Below are positions 29,169-39,183 of a DNA stretch of 61,208 bases, piece after piece. Below the pieces are notes generated by a model. That model saw only the letters and a list, made by a program, of their open reading frames with translations. It ran no database searches and was not told the origin of the DNA. The translations under genes and the position numbers were made by a program. Source of the stretch: an uncultured Bacilli bacterium. Lineage in GTDB: Bacteria > Bacillota_I > Bacilli_A > RF39 > UBA660. The DNA is taken from positions 1 through 61,208 of the forward strand of contig CANQGH010000002.1 of NCBI GenBank assembly GCA_947601845.1, in the 5' to 3' direction. The number at the start of each line of letters is the position of its first letter. The first letter of the stretch is position 1.

Positions 29169-30473
29169 ATGAAAAAAACTATAAGCATTAAGCAATTAAA
29201 ACAATTATTATTTTTAATAGTAATTATTTTAATAATTTTTCTTACTAAGGTTTTATTGGTTAAAATAAACCCGTTAATTATTGATTTGCTTTTCCTTTTT
29301 ATCTTAATTTTTTTTGGCAAAGAAGAATTATTATATATGTTAGCATTTAGCTTGCCAATTATGGCTTGTTTTGATAATGTAGCTCATATTTTGTTAATAT
29401 ACTTAATATTAGTTTTTATAAAAAGTAAATTTAAAATTAGTTTAAAATATGTATTGGCATCATTGTTTTTTATAATATTGGAATTAATTGCTCATTATTA
29501 TTATAATGTATCAGATGTTAATAGAATGTTAGGTTATCTAACTTGTTTCTTGATTTTTTTGTATATCATAATAGAATTACCACATTGTAATATTAGTTAT
29601 AAAAAATTTTTAAAGATGTATATTTATGGCACTCTTACTTTATTTATCTTTTATCTTTTGACTATTTTTAGTTATTATAAAACAGCTGCATTTGGACTAC
29701 TATTGAATAATGATTTTAGATTAGGATCTTTTGTGCATGGCGATTTTGAATATTTAAGCATTAATATCAATGCTAATACTCTTGCTTTTTATGCATTAAT
29801 AGGAGTGTTTTTGCCTGTAGTGTTGAAAATAATTGATAAAGATTCAAAGAATAGGTTGCTGTATTATTTTACTCCAATTTTTACGGCAATTTTAGGATTT
29901 TTAACAAAATCAAGGAGTTTTATTATAGTGTTTATTTTAGGATTTTTTATAATTATTCTTATTAATTCAAAAACAAAAAAGCAAGTGTTTAATTCAATTA
30001 TTCTGATGTCACTAATTTCAATTATTTTGATAATATTACTAAATTCTAATAATGTAATATTAAAAAGTATAATTGACCGTTTTCATTCTTCAGATATGAG
30101 TACAGCGAGTGGACGTAGTGATTTGTTTAAACTTTATAACGATGCTTTTTTTAACAAAACATCTTACAAATTAATTGGATCCGGAGTTACTGATTATAAA
30201 TTAATTTATAATTTACCTAATTCTGTTCATAATGGTGTGCAACAAGTTTTAATTTCTTATGGATTATTTGGTTTTATAGTTTTTGCAAGTGTACTGATAT
30301 CTCCGATTATCAAGTATAGAAAAGATAAACTTATTTCTTTCGTACCTTTGTTCTTAGCATTTATATTTATTCAAACAATTCAATTATTAAATCCTTATAT
30401 GTTAATGTTTCCATTTGCCATCTGTTATGTAATGTTATATATTAATAATTGTGACAAATCAAAAATAAGGTGA
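29169..30473 (+). CDS. Wzy-type polysaccharide polymerase / O-antigen-ligase-like membrane protein
   Basis: 434 aa with at least 10 predicted TM helices and one larger loop. Located in a Wzx/Wzy locus. Confidence 0.6.
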   Translation: MKKTISIKQLKQLLFLIVIILIIFLTKVLLVKINPLIIDLLFLFILIFFGKEELLYMLAFSLPIMACFDNVAHILLIYLILVFIKSKFKISLKYVLASLFFIILELIAHYYYNVSDVNRMLGYLTCFLIFLYIIIELPHCNISYKKFLKMYIYGTLTLFIFYLLTIFSYYKTAAFGLLLNNDFRLGSFVHGDFEYLSININANTLAFYALIGVFLPVVLKIIDKDSKNRLLYYFTPIFTAILGFLTKSRSFIIVFILGFFIIILINSKTKKQVFNSIILMSLISIILIILLNSNNVILKSIIDRFHSSDMSTASGRSDLFKLYNDAFFNKTSYKLIGSGVTDYKLIYNLPNSVHNGVQQVLISYGLFGFIVFASVLISPIIKYRKDKLISFVPLFLAFIFIQTIQLLNPYMLMFPFAICYVMLYINNCDKSKIR

Positions 30474-30477
30474 TTTT

Positions 30478-31614
30478 ATGAAAAAAATATGTTTTTATAC
30501 AAATTCTATATATACTTTAGGCGGTATTCAAAGAGTAGTTACTGAATTAGCAAATAATTTATATAATGAATATGATATAACTATTGTGTGCCATGATAAC
30601 TCTAAATGGCACAAAAAGTTTAACTATAATTTAAATAAAAATATAAATGTTAAATCATTTAATGAAAAATATTTAATCTTAGATAATATTTTCTTTTTCC
30701 CTGTTAAATGTTTAAAATTTTTAATACGTAAAACTAAAATTAAGAATAAAATTACGGAAAGTATAATGAATTTTGATTATAAGTTTTTGAAAAGAAGGAC
30801 AATTCTTAAATACTTTAATTCCCAAAATTATGATTACATATTAGCAGAGGGTTTAAGTAATTGTATTTATTTGTCAAATTTAAAAGATAAGATACCTTCA
30901 AAAATAATTGGTTGTTGGCATTCGAGTTTTGATAATTATATAAAGCAATCTAGTGAAAAGTACATTATAAAATCTTTAAAGAGCATAGACACTATTGTAC
31001 TATCTAAATATGATGCTGATTTAATAAAAAAAAGATATAATATAGATGTTAAATATATATATAATTTTATTAATGATAATGAAGTGGAGAAATCATCTTT
31101 AAATAATAAATATATGATATCAATTGGAAGATATCATCAAGTAAAAGGGTATGAACGCTTAATAAAGATTTTTAAGAAATTAAATAATAATGAATGGAAA
31201 CTTCTAATAATTGGTGATGGTCCCGAAAAAAACAAGTTAGCTGCACTTATTGATAAATATCATTTAAATAACAATGTAATTTTAACGGGAGGTACCAATA
31301 ATGTTGAAAAATACTATAGACAGGCATCAATATTCTTAATGACATCATATGGAGAAGGGTTTCCAATGGTTATTTTAGAAGCAATGAAATATGGTTTGCC
31401 AATAATTGCTTATGATATACCAGTTTTGCACGAAATATTACCTAGCGAAGATTACATTATTAAGCAAGATGATGAAGAGTCATATGTGAAATTATTGAAA
31501 AAATTATGCGATGATGCAAAATTAAGAGTTAAAAGTGGTCAACTAAATTTAAAAAAATGTGAAAATTTTTATGGTAAAAAGATAATAAGTCAATGGAAAA
31601 ATGTATTAAAATAA
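30478..31614 (+). CDS. Glycosyltransferase family 4 (GT-B)
   Basis: TSYGEGFPMVILEAMKYGLPIIAYD motif. Confidence 0.8.
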   Translation: MKKICFYTNSIYTLGGIQRVVTELANNLYNEYDITIVCHDNSKWHKKFNYNLNKNINVKSFNEKYLILDNIFFFPVKCLKFLIRKTKIKNKITESIMNFDYKFLKRRTILKYFNSQNYDYILAEGLSNCIYLSNLKDKIPSKIIGCWHSSFDNYIKQSSEKYIIKSLKSIDTIVLSKYDADLIKKRYNIDVKYIYNFINDNEVEKSSLNNKYMISIGRYHQVKGYERLIKIFKKLNNNEWKLLIIGDGPEKNKLAALIDKYHLNNNVILTGGTNNVEKYYRQASIFLMTSYGEGFPMVILEAMKYGLPIIAYDIPVLHEILPSEDYIIKQDDEESYVKLLKKLCDDAKLRVKSGQLNLKKCENFYGKKIISQWKNVLK

Positions 31615-31638
31615 AAAATAGTTTTTAAAGGAGGTAAA

Positions 31639-32565
31639 ATGCAAAAATATTTTATAATTACAATAGATACTGAGGCAGATAATCAATGGAATAATAATCA
31701 AGCTTGTACGACTAAAAATTCTAAATATTTGCCAAGATTTCAGGAACTCGCTGAAAAATATAATTTTAAACCAGTTTGGTTAACAACTTACGAAATGGCA
31801 AATGATAATTTTTTTGTTAATTATTTTAAAGATAAATGTAACAAGGGTCTTTGTGAAATAGGAATGCACTTACATGCGTGGAACAATCCTCCTGAATATA
31901 ATTTGGTAAATAAGACTAATGAAAGATCATATCTGATTGAATATCCAAAAAATATAATGGAACAAAAAATAAAAGTATTAGATGAATTATTGACTAAAAA
32001 AATTGGTATAAAACCTGTTTCACACCGCGCTGGAAGATGGACAACTAATGAAGACTATTTTGAGTTACTTGAAAAATATGGATATAAAGTTGATTGTTCA
32101 GTTACACCTCATATATCATGGGAAAATCATTTGGGGCAAAGCGGTATTAAGGGTAGTAATTATAGTAACAGTCCAGAGAATCCTTATTTTATAAAAAATA
32201 AACTTTTAGAAGTTCCTGTAACAATAAGAATAATGCATAATATACAATTTGATCAAATTAAAAATATAAGAAATGCTGCGGGGGAATTATTTCACTTTTT
32301 AAAAGGTAGAACAGAATGGGTTCGCCCAAATAAAAATATGAATAAAAAGGGGATATTGAAATTAATTAAAAAGTGTAATAAGCATAATGATTACATTATG
32401 TTTATGTTACATTCTTCAGAATTAATGCCCAATGGCAGTCCAAATTTTTCAACTTATGAAAGTGTTGAACATTTATATACATTAATCGAAGAAATATTTC
32501 GTTATATTAGTAATTTGGGTTATACAGGGATTACTTTAAATGAATTTTATGAGAAGGTGAAATAA
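31639..32565 (+). CDS. Polysaccharide deacetylase-like (WalW-type) protein
   Basis: N-terminus FIITIDTEADNQW and HLHAW/HRAGRW histidine motifs resemble WalW-type CE4-like proteins. Recognised by pattern only. Confidence 0.45.
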   Translation: MQKYFIITIDTEADNQWNNNQACTTKNSKYLPRFQELAEKYNFKPVWLTTYEMANDNFFVNYFKDKCNKGLCEIGMHLHAWNNPPEYNLVNKTNERSYLIEYPKNIMEQKIKVLDELLTKKIGIKPVSHRAGRWTTNEDYFELLEKYGYKVDCSVTPHISWENHLGQSGIKGSNYSNSPENPYFIKNKLLEVPVTIRIMHNIQFDQIKNIRNAAGELFHFLKGRTEWVRPNKNMNKKGILKLIKKCNKHNDYIMFMLHSSELMPNGSPNFSTYESVEHLYTLIEEIFRYISNLGYTGITLNEFYEKVK

Positions 32566-33645
32566 ATGAATAAAATAGGGATAATAACATATCACAATAC
32601 AATAAACTATGGAGCCTTATTGCAATCATTTGCTTTAGAATCAAAGTTAAAAGAATTAGGTGCTGATGTTGATATTATTAATTATCATTGTAAAAATGTT
32701 GAAGATAGAGAACATGTAAAATTTCCATCATTTGAGCTTAATATTATTAATTTTTTGAAAAATATAAAATATTATTTCAGCACCACAAAAAAAAGAAAAG
32801 CAATGAACAATTTTTTAAATAAATATATTAAAATTTCTAAACAAGAATACAATATAAAAAATATAAAAAATAGCAATGATTTATATGATAAATTTGTGGT
32901 TGGATCCGATATGGTTTTTGAATTAAATATTAATGGTGGTGATTTAACATATTACCTTGATTTTGCGGATTCCAAAAAAAGATATTCATATGCCGCAAGT
33001 TTAGGCATAGATAAAATTGATAATAAATATTTATCAAATTGTATAAATGAGTTGGAAAAATTTCAACATTTATCCGTTAGAGAAGAACAAGCAAAAGAAT
33101 ATTTTGGCAAGATATTAAAAAACAAGGTCTATGTGGATGTGGATCCGACTTTATTATATGATAAATTTTTTTGGCAAAAATATGAAGAAAAGCCCAAAGA
33201 CAAAATAAATAGAAAATATATGTTATTATATTTCCTAAATGAAACTATGCCTGAATTTAACATTGCTAGAGAAATTGCCGAAAAAAATAATTGGGATATA
33301 TATGTTTTGTCTAATAGTAAAGAAAAAATAAACGGGTGTAAAGTTATATATAATGCCTCAGTAGGTGAGTTTTTATATTATATTCATAATGCTGCGTTAG
33401 TATTAACGGCATCATATCATGGCATGATTTTTTCAATAAACTATAATACTAATTTTATGTATTTTTGTAAGAAAAAAGATGCATCTAGGTTAGATAATAT
33501 TGCAATTTTAACAGGATTAACTAATAGGAAATTAACGGAAACAAATTTGCCTGAAATACAATGCGATTTTGATAATGCCAATAAAGTTATTAGTAAACTC
33601 CGCAATAAATCAATAGATTATTTAAAAACACTAGTAGATGAATAA
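32566..33645 (+). CDS. Polysaccharide pyruvyl transferase
   Basis: KIGIITYHNTINYGALLQSFAL N-terminus and ASYHGMIFS near the C-terminus are typical of the WcaK/CsaB-type family. Confidence 0.7.
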   Translation: MNKIGIITYHNTINYGALLQSFALESKLKELGADVDIINYHCKNVEDREHVKFPSFELNIINFLKNIKYYFSTTKKRKAMNNFLNKYIKISKQEYNIKNIKNSNDLYDKFVVGSDMVFELNINGGDLTYYLDFADSKKRYSYAASLGIDKIDNKYLSNCINELEKFQHLSVREEQAKEYFGKILKNKVYVDVDPTLLYDKFFWQKYEEKPKDKINRKYMLLYFLNETMPEFNIAREIAEKNNWDIYVLSNSKEKINGCKVIYNASVGEFLYYIHNAALVLTASYHGMIFSINYNTNFMYFCKKKDASRLDNIAILTGLTNRKLTETNLPEIQCDFDNANKVISKLRNKSIDYLKTLVDE

Positions 33646-33660
33646 TAAATAGGAGGAGAT

Positions 33661-35190
33661 ATGAAACAAAACACTAGAACTGAAAATGCAATAAAAAATA
33701 CTAGAATAACAATATTATGTCATATTGTGTTTTTGGTGTGTTCCTTTATTTGTAGAACAGTATTAACTAAAAAACTTGGTGCTGAATATTTAGGAATAGG
33801 TGGACTTTTTTCAAATATATTAACAATTTTATCATTTGCAGAATTAGGTTTAGGTAGTACACTTGTTTATAGATTATATAAACCTTTTACTAATAATGAT
33901 TATGAAAAGATTAGTTTATATGTTAAACTTTATAAAAAAATATACAATATTATTATTATCATTATTTTTGGCGCGGGGTTATTATTAATACCTTTTTTAA
34001 AATATTTGGTTGTAGCACCAAATGTTAAAGAAAATTTAGTTTTATTGTATTTATTATATTTATCTCAAACTTTGGCCTCTTATTTATTTGTTTATAAAAA
34101 AACATTGCTTACTGCTGATCAAAAAGATTATATTGTCAGTTTATTTAATGAGACATTCAATGTTATTATGAATATTTTTCAATGTTTTATATTAATATTC
34201 TTTCAAAACTATATTTGGTATTTAGTTATATCTATTGTTTGTATAATTTTGAACAACTTTTTTTGCTCAATTTATGTAGATAAAAAATACAAGTTTTTAA
34301 AAAATGAAGTTAAAGGTTCATTAAATAAAGAAGAAATTAATGATTTAAAGAAAGATACTAAAGGATTATTAATGACCAAGGTTGCAAGCACTGCTTTTAG
34401 CGGAACAGATAATATATTTATTTCTTCATTTATAGGTATTGAATATGTTGGAATTTTATCCAATTATACTTTAATATTAACGACTGTTAATGGATTAATA
34501 AATAAAATATTTTCTTCAATTACCGCATCAGTAGGTAATTTGATTGTTTCTAAAAATAGTGAAGAAAAAGCAGAATCTGTTTTATTTAAAATGTTTTTTA
34601 TCAATGCGAGTTTATACACATATATATGCAATGGGTTATTACTATTAATTACTGAATTTGTAACAAAATATTGGTTAAATAATGATTATTTTTTAGCAAG
34701 TCCAATTGTGGTATTATCAATTTTAGAGTTATATTTTAGGGCCATTCATTATCCCATTTACATAACTAGAAATGCATATGGTTTATTTTCACAGTATAGA
34801 ATTATATTTGTGATAGCAGCTATACTTAACATTTTTTTAGATTTTATTCTTGTAAAACCATTAGGAATAGCAGGCTTAATTATAGCTACTATATTTTGTC
34901 GTGGAATAACGGCTTTTACGGATATTTATGTTTTATATAGATATGGATTTAAGAAAAAAATTGATAATTATATATTAAAGATAGTCAAATGGTTTTTATT
35001 TTTTGGTTTATGTTATATAATATCTTATTCTCTTTTTACAGTAATTACTAAAATGAACTTTTTCTTATTTATAGTTAAAATTGTTATTTTTACTATTATC
35101 TATGTAATTATTTTCTGGTTATATTTTCACAATTGTGATGAGTTTAAGTATTGTATATCTTTGATTAAAAACAGAATTAAAAAAAATTAG
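33661..35190 (+). CDS. wzx: Wzx-type oligosaccharide flippase (MOP superfamily)
   Basis: 509 aa with about 14 TM helices. N-terminus NTRITILCHIVFLVCSFICRTVLTKKLGAEYLGIGGLFSNIL is typical of polysaccharide biosynthesis flippases. Confidence 0.8.
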   Translation: MKQNTRTENAIKNTRITILCHIVFLVCSFICRTVLTKKLGAEYLGIGGLFSNILTILSFAELGLGSTLVYRLYKPFTNNDYEKISLYVKLYKKIYNIIIIIIFGAGLLLIPFLKYLVVAPNVKENLVLLYLLYLSQTLASYLFVYKKTLLTADQKDYIVSLFNETFNVIMNIFQCFILIFFQNYIWYLVISIVCIILNNFFCSIYVDKKYKFLKNEVKGSLNKEEINDLKKDTKGLLMTKVASTAFSGTDNIFISSFIGIEYVGILSNYTLILTTVNGLINKIFSSITASVGNLIVSKNSEEKAESVLFKMFFINASLYTYICNGLLLLITEFVTKYWLNNDYFLASPIVVLSILELYFRAIHYPIYITRNAYGLFSQYRIIFVIAAILNIFLDFILVKPLGIAGLIIATIFCRGITAFTDIYVLYRYGFKKKIDNYILKIVKWFLFFGLCYIISYSLFTVITKMNFFLFIVKIVIFTIIYVIIFWLYFHNCDEFKYCISLIKNRIKKN

Positions 35191-35244
35191 ACTATTAAAA
35201 TTAATAAATGTGTGATAAAATTTAAAAATAGTTTGGAGGATTAA

Positions 35245-36234
35245 ATGAAAAAAATTAAAGCGTTGATTAAGAAAATGTTCCCATTTGCTTATAAAATATA
35301 TAATAATAAAATTGGAAAAAACAGAGTATTGAAAGAGTACAAACAATTTAAATCATATTATAATGATTCATCTGATAATATAAATAATATTGGATACAAA
35401 ATAATTGTTTTAGAACATAGTTTAGAAAAAGCTATGACAAGTAATAATCCAAGATATTTTGGAATTGAAAAAGTAAATAGTATCATAAAATATTTAGATA
35501 TGTATGATATCAAAAAATATAACAAAGATTTTGCTTATAATATTGGTATTAGTATATTACATTCATATTGTGAGTTTTATGAAAAACATAATTGGATAAA
35601 TAGAGATGAATATAATAATGTAAAAATATTCTTAAAAGGTAAGAATGCCCAAATAACTTCGGGATGCATGGAAATAAAAAAAGAATATATAGAAAATAAC
35701 AACAAAATTGATTATGAGCGTTTTTTAAAATCTAGACACGCAATTAGAACGTTTGATAAAAAAAGAGTTGATCCTGAGATAGTAAAAAAAGCTGCGATGA
35801 TTTCTCAATACAGTCCAACTGCATGCAATAGACAAATGATTAAAATATACCACATTATTGATGAAGATAAAAGGAACAGATTGATTAATTTTTTACACGG
35901 ATTAACTAATTTTGAAACTGAAAATTCAAACTTTATTCTATTTACTTATGGTTTATCTGCCTTTGATGAAAACGAATTTAAACAGGGAATGCTTAATTCT
36001 GGATTAGTGGCAATGAATTTCGTTAACGCATTACATTCTATGAATATAGGGAGTTGTTTTTTAGAGTTTAATAATAGTTTAGAAGAAGAATGCGAAATTA
36101 AGAAAATATTAAATATACCTTCAAATGAGAAAATTGCAATATCATTAGTTATAGGATATTATCCCCAAAAAGCTATAATACCCTGTAGTACAAGAAAAAG
36201 TATCAATGAAGTGTATAAAGAGATTAATGATTGA
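35245..36234 (+). CDS. Nitroreductase-family protein
   Basis: SRHAIRTFDKKRVDPEIVKKAAMISQYSPTACNRQ is the nitroreductase FMN-binding N-motif. Confidence 0.65.
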   Translation: MKKIKALIKKMFPFAYKIYNNKIGKNRVLKEYKQFKSYYNDSSDNINNIGYKIIVLEHSLEKAMTSNNPRYFGIEKVNSIIKYLDMYDIKKYNKDFAYNIGISILHSYCEFYEKHNWINRDEYNNVKIFLKGKNAQITSGCMEIKKEYIENNNKIDYERFLKSRHAIRTFDKKRVDPEIVKKAAMISQYSPTACNRQMIKIYHIIDEDKRNRLINFLHGLTNFETENSNFILFTYGLSAFDENEFKQGMLNSGLVAMNFVNALHSMNIGSCFLEFNNSLEEECEIKKILNIPSNEKIAISLVIGYYPQKAIIPCSTRKSINEVYKEIND

Positions 36235-36275
36235 ATTTAATTAATATATTATTAAGAAAATAAGAGGGTAATTAT

Positions 36276-37325
36276 ATGAAGACGAAAGTAAATTTAAATA
36301 ATAAAACAATTTTAGTTACAGGTAGTGCTGGGTTTATTGGTTATTATCTAACTAAAAGATTATTAGAAGAAATAAAAGAAGTAAAAGTAATTGGGCTCGA
36401 TTCAGTTAACGATTATTATGATGTTTCATTGAAAGAATGGAGATTAAAACAATTAGAAAATTATCAAAACTTTATTTTTATTAAAGGCAATCTAGCTGAT
36501 AAAGAATTAATCAATAAAATATTTGCTGATTATAAGCCAAATATTGTAGTTAATCTAGCTGCTCAAGCCGGAGTTAGGTATTCAATAGATCATCCAGATG
36601 TCTATATTGAATCAAATATTATTGGTTTTTATAACATTCTAGAGGCTTGTCGTTATAATCCAGTAGAACACTTAGTATATGCTTCATCTAGTTCTGTATA
36701 TGGCGGGAATACTAAAGTACCATTTAGTACTGAAGATAAAGTAGATAATCCTGTATCACTTTATGCAGCAACTAAAAAAAGTAATGAACTATTAGCTCAT
36801 TGCTATTCCAAACTCTATAATATACCAAGTACAGGTTTAAGATTTTTTACAGTATATGGTCCCGCAGGTAGACCCGATATGGCTTATTTTGGGTTCACTA
36901 ATAAATTAATTAATAATGAAACAATAAAAATATTTAATTATGGCAATTGTAAAAGAGATTTTACTTACATTGATGATATAGTAGAAGGAATAATTAGAAT
37001 AATGCAAGGAGCACCAACAAAAGTTAATGGTGAAGATGGCTTACCAATTTCTCCATATGCAGTATATAATATTGGTAATTCAAATCCAGAAAATTTATTA
37101 GACTTTGTCCAAATATTACAAGAAGAACTGATAAGAGCAGGTGTACTATCTAAAGATTATGATTTTGAAAGTCATAAAGAATTAGTTGCAATGCAAGCAG
37201 GTGATGTTCCGGTAACTTATGCAGATACTACGCCTTTAGAAAGAGATTTTGGATTTAAACCTAGTACATCTTTAAGAGAAGGATTAAGAAAATTTGCCGA
37301 ATGGTATAAAGAATTTTATATGTAA
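36276..37325 (+). CDS. UDP-glucuronate 4-epimerase (SDR)
   Basis: VTGSAGFIGYYL, LAAQAGVRYS, YASSSSVYG, LYAATKKSNELLAH, GLRFFTVYGPAGRPDMA and RDFTYIDDIV match the Cap1J/LpsL-type family closely. Confidence 0.85.
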   Translation: MKTKVNLNNKTILVTGSAGFIGYYLTKRLLEEIKEVKVIGLDSVNDYYDVSLKEWRLKQLENYQNFIFIKGNLADKELINKIFADYKPNIVVNLAAQAGVRYSIDHPDVYIESNIIGFYNILEACRYNPVEHLVYASSSSVYGGNTKVPFSTEDKVDNPVSLYAATKKSNELLAHCYSKLYNIPSTGLRFFTVYGPAGRPDMAYFGFTNKLINNETIKIFNYGNCKRDFTYIDDIVEGIIRIMQGAPTKVNGEDGLPISPYAVYNIGNSNPENLLDFVQILQEELIRAGVLSKDYDFESHKELVAMQAGDVPVTYADTTPLERDFGFKPSTSLREGLRKFAEWYKEFYM

Positions 37326-37494
37326 CATGAATCAAAAGTTGTTTTAAAAGTTGTTTTAAAATTAGTTTATAATGAATAATTATTACAAAACAATTTAAAA
37401 ATTTAATTCATTTTATGATTAGCAATAAATGCAGAAAATAATTAATTTTGTACTATAGGGTAACAAAATATTTAATAGGAGAGGTGTTTTAAAT

Positions 37495-38460
37495 ATGTCG
37501 GATATTATAGTAAAGAAAAATAAGTATTACGATAAGGCGAAGCCTTTAGTTTCAATATGTACCCCAGTATACAATAGAATAAATACGATACAGCGAACTT
37601 TTGATTCTATTATTAATCAAGATTATAAATCTTTTGAATACATAATAGTTGATGATGGTTCTACTGATGGAGTCGAGAAAATAATTAATAAATTTATGAA
37701 TTATGTTGATTTTCCTTGTATATATATACATAAAGACAATGGTGGAGTACATACTGCTAGAAATTTAGCAGTTAAGTTTGCACGTGGAAAATATTTTACT
37801 AATATAGATAGTGATGATGAATTTTTGCCTAATGCAATATCTACTTTTGTTAAAGCTTGGGATAGCATACCTAAAGATAAAATAGGTGAATATCGTGAAA
37901 TAGTTGCTCTTTGTGTAGATGATAATAATAATATTCTCGGTAATAAGTTTCCAGATAACATAAATCAGTTAGATATGAAGAAAGCACAAAAATTGTGTGA
38001 TGCTACTGGTGGCGAGCATATCAGTATGGATTTGACAAAAATAAGAAAAGAAAATTTATTCCCAGAACCAAAAGGAGTAAAAATGGTGATGGAGAATATT
38101 TTATGGCGTAAATTATATGTTAAATACAGATCGTATTATATCAATGAGCCACTAAGGATTTACCATAGATATGGTGATGATCATTTGAGCAATATAAAGA
38201 AAAAAAATATCCAAACTATTGTGAATATTTTATATAATGCACAAGAATATTTAAACAATGATAAGATATACATTTATTCTTTTAAAGAAAGAATAATGAC
38301 GATTACAAGATATTTAATTTCTAGGAATATAGTTAAAAAATCAAATACGAAAGTTTATTTTGATTATAGTATTAAGAATAAAAAAAATCAATTTTTAATT
38401 ATATTGTTATACGTACCTTGTTTATTTGGTACTTATTTGTACAAGAAAAAGAAAATGTAA
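37495..38460 (+). CDS. Glycosyltransferase family 2
   Basis: VSICTPVYNRINTIQRTFDSIINQDYKSFEYIIVDDGSTDG ... DSDDEF. Confidence 0.85.
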   Translation: MSDIIVKKNKYYDKAKPLVSICTPVYNRINTIQRTFDSIINQDYKSFEYIIVDDGSTDGVEKIINKFMNYVDFPCIYIHKDNGGVHTARNLAVKFARGKYFTNIDSDDEFLPNAISTFVKAWDSIPKDKIGEYREIVALCVDDNNNILGNKFPDNINQLDMKKAQKLCDATGGEHISMDLTKIRKENLFPEPKGVKMVMENILWRKLYVKYRSYYINEPLRIYHRYGDDHLSNIKKKNIQTIVNILYNAQEYLNNDKIYIYSFKERIMTITRYLISRNIVKKSNTKVYFDYSIKNKKNQFLIILLYVPCLFGTYLYKKKKM

Positions 38461-38500
38461 AATTTTAAAGATTATAATTTTACATAAGAAATAGTTGATT

Positions 38501-38622
38501 GTGATGTACCGGTTATATATGAAGATACTAGTGTATTAAAATATGATTATGGCTTTAAACATAATATATCATTAAGAGAAAGGTTAAGAAAATTTGCCAC
38601 ACGGGATAAAGAATTTTATATG
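38501..38622 (+). pseudogene. Relic copy of the last ~122 nt of the UDP-glucuronate epimerase gene
   Basis: 38501-38622 is collinear with 37201-37322, at roughly three-quarters identity by eye. It translates DVPVIYEDTSVLKYDYGFKHNISLRERLRKFATRDKEFYM, compared with DVPVTYADTTPLERDFGFKPSTSLREGLRKFAEWYKEFYM. Confidence 0.8.
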
Positions 38623-38638
38623 AAAGGAAGGAAAACAA

Positions 38639-39157
38639 ATGATAAAAAAAATAATATATAAATTTAAATATTATACTTGTAGCTTTGAAAAACGAGCAGA
38701 ATATCTTAGGGGGGGGGGTGTAAAAATTGGATCAAATAGTGAAATCTATCCAAATGTTAGTTTTGGATCAGAACCCTATTTGATTGAATTAGGAGATAAT
38801 GTTAGAATTGCTTCTAATTGTGTTTTAACGACACATGATGGTGGATTATGGGTTTTGAGAAATAATGGAAAACTTCCAAATTCAGATAAATTTGGCAAGA
38901 TTAAAGTTGGAAATAATGTTCATATAGGAATTAATACTATTATTATGCCAGGAGTAACAATCGGTGATAATGTTGTAATTGGAGCAGGTGCAGTAGTAAC
39001 AAAAGACTTACCTTCAAATAGTGTTGCTGTTGGTGTACCGGCAAGGGTAATTGAAACAATTGATGATTATTATGAAAAAAATAAGAATAAAGTTGTTTAT
39101 ACCAAAAATATGAATTTTGATGAAAAAAAAGATTATATCCAAAAGAACCTTAAATGA
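38639..39157 (+). CDS. Hexapeptide-repeat O-acetyltransferase (maltose/galactoside acetyltransferase-like) carrying a G10 tract
   Basis: LbH repeats IGNNVHIGINTIIMPGVTIGDNVVIGAGAVV. The G10 tract at codons 24-27 (RGGG) is in frame. Confidence 0.85.
   Translation: MIKKIIYKFKYYTCSFEKRAEYLRGGGVKIGSNSEIYPNVSFGSEPYLIELGDNVRIASNCVLTTHDGGLWVLRNNGKLPNSDKFGKIKVGNNVHIGINTIIMPGVTIGDNVVIGAGAVVTKDLPSNSVAVGVPARVIETIDDYYEKNKNKVVYTKNMNFDEKKDYIQKNLK
38709..38718 (+). repeat. Homopolymeric G10 tract near the 5' end of the acetyltransferase gene
   Basis: Ten consecutive G counted directly. Confidence 0.9.
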
Positions 39158-39183
39158 TTACAAAGGAATAGGAGAATATAATA

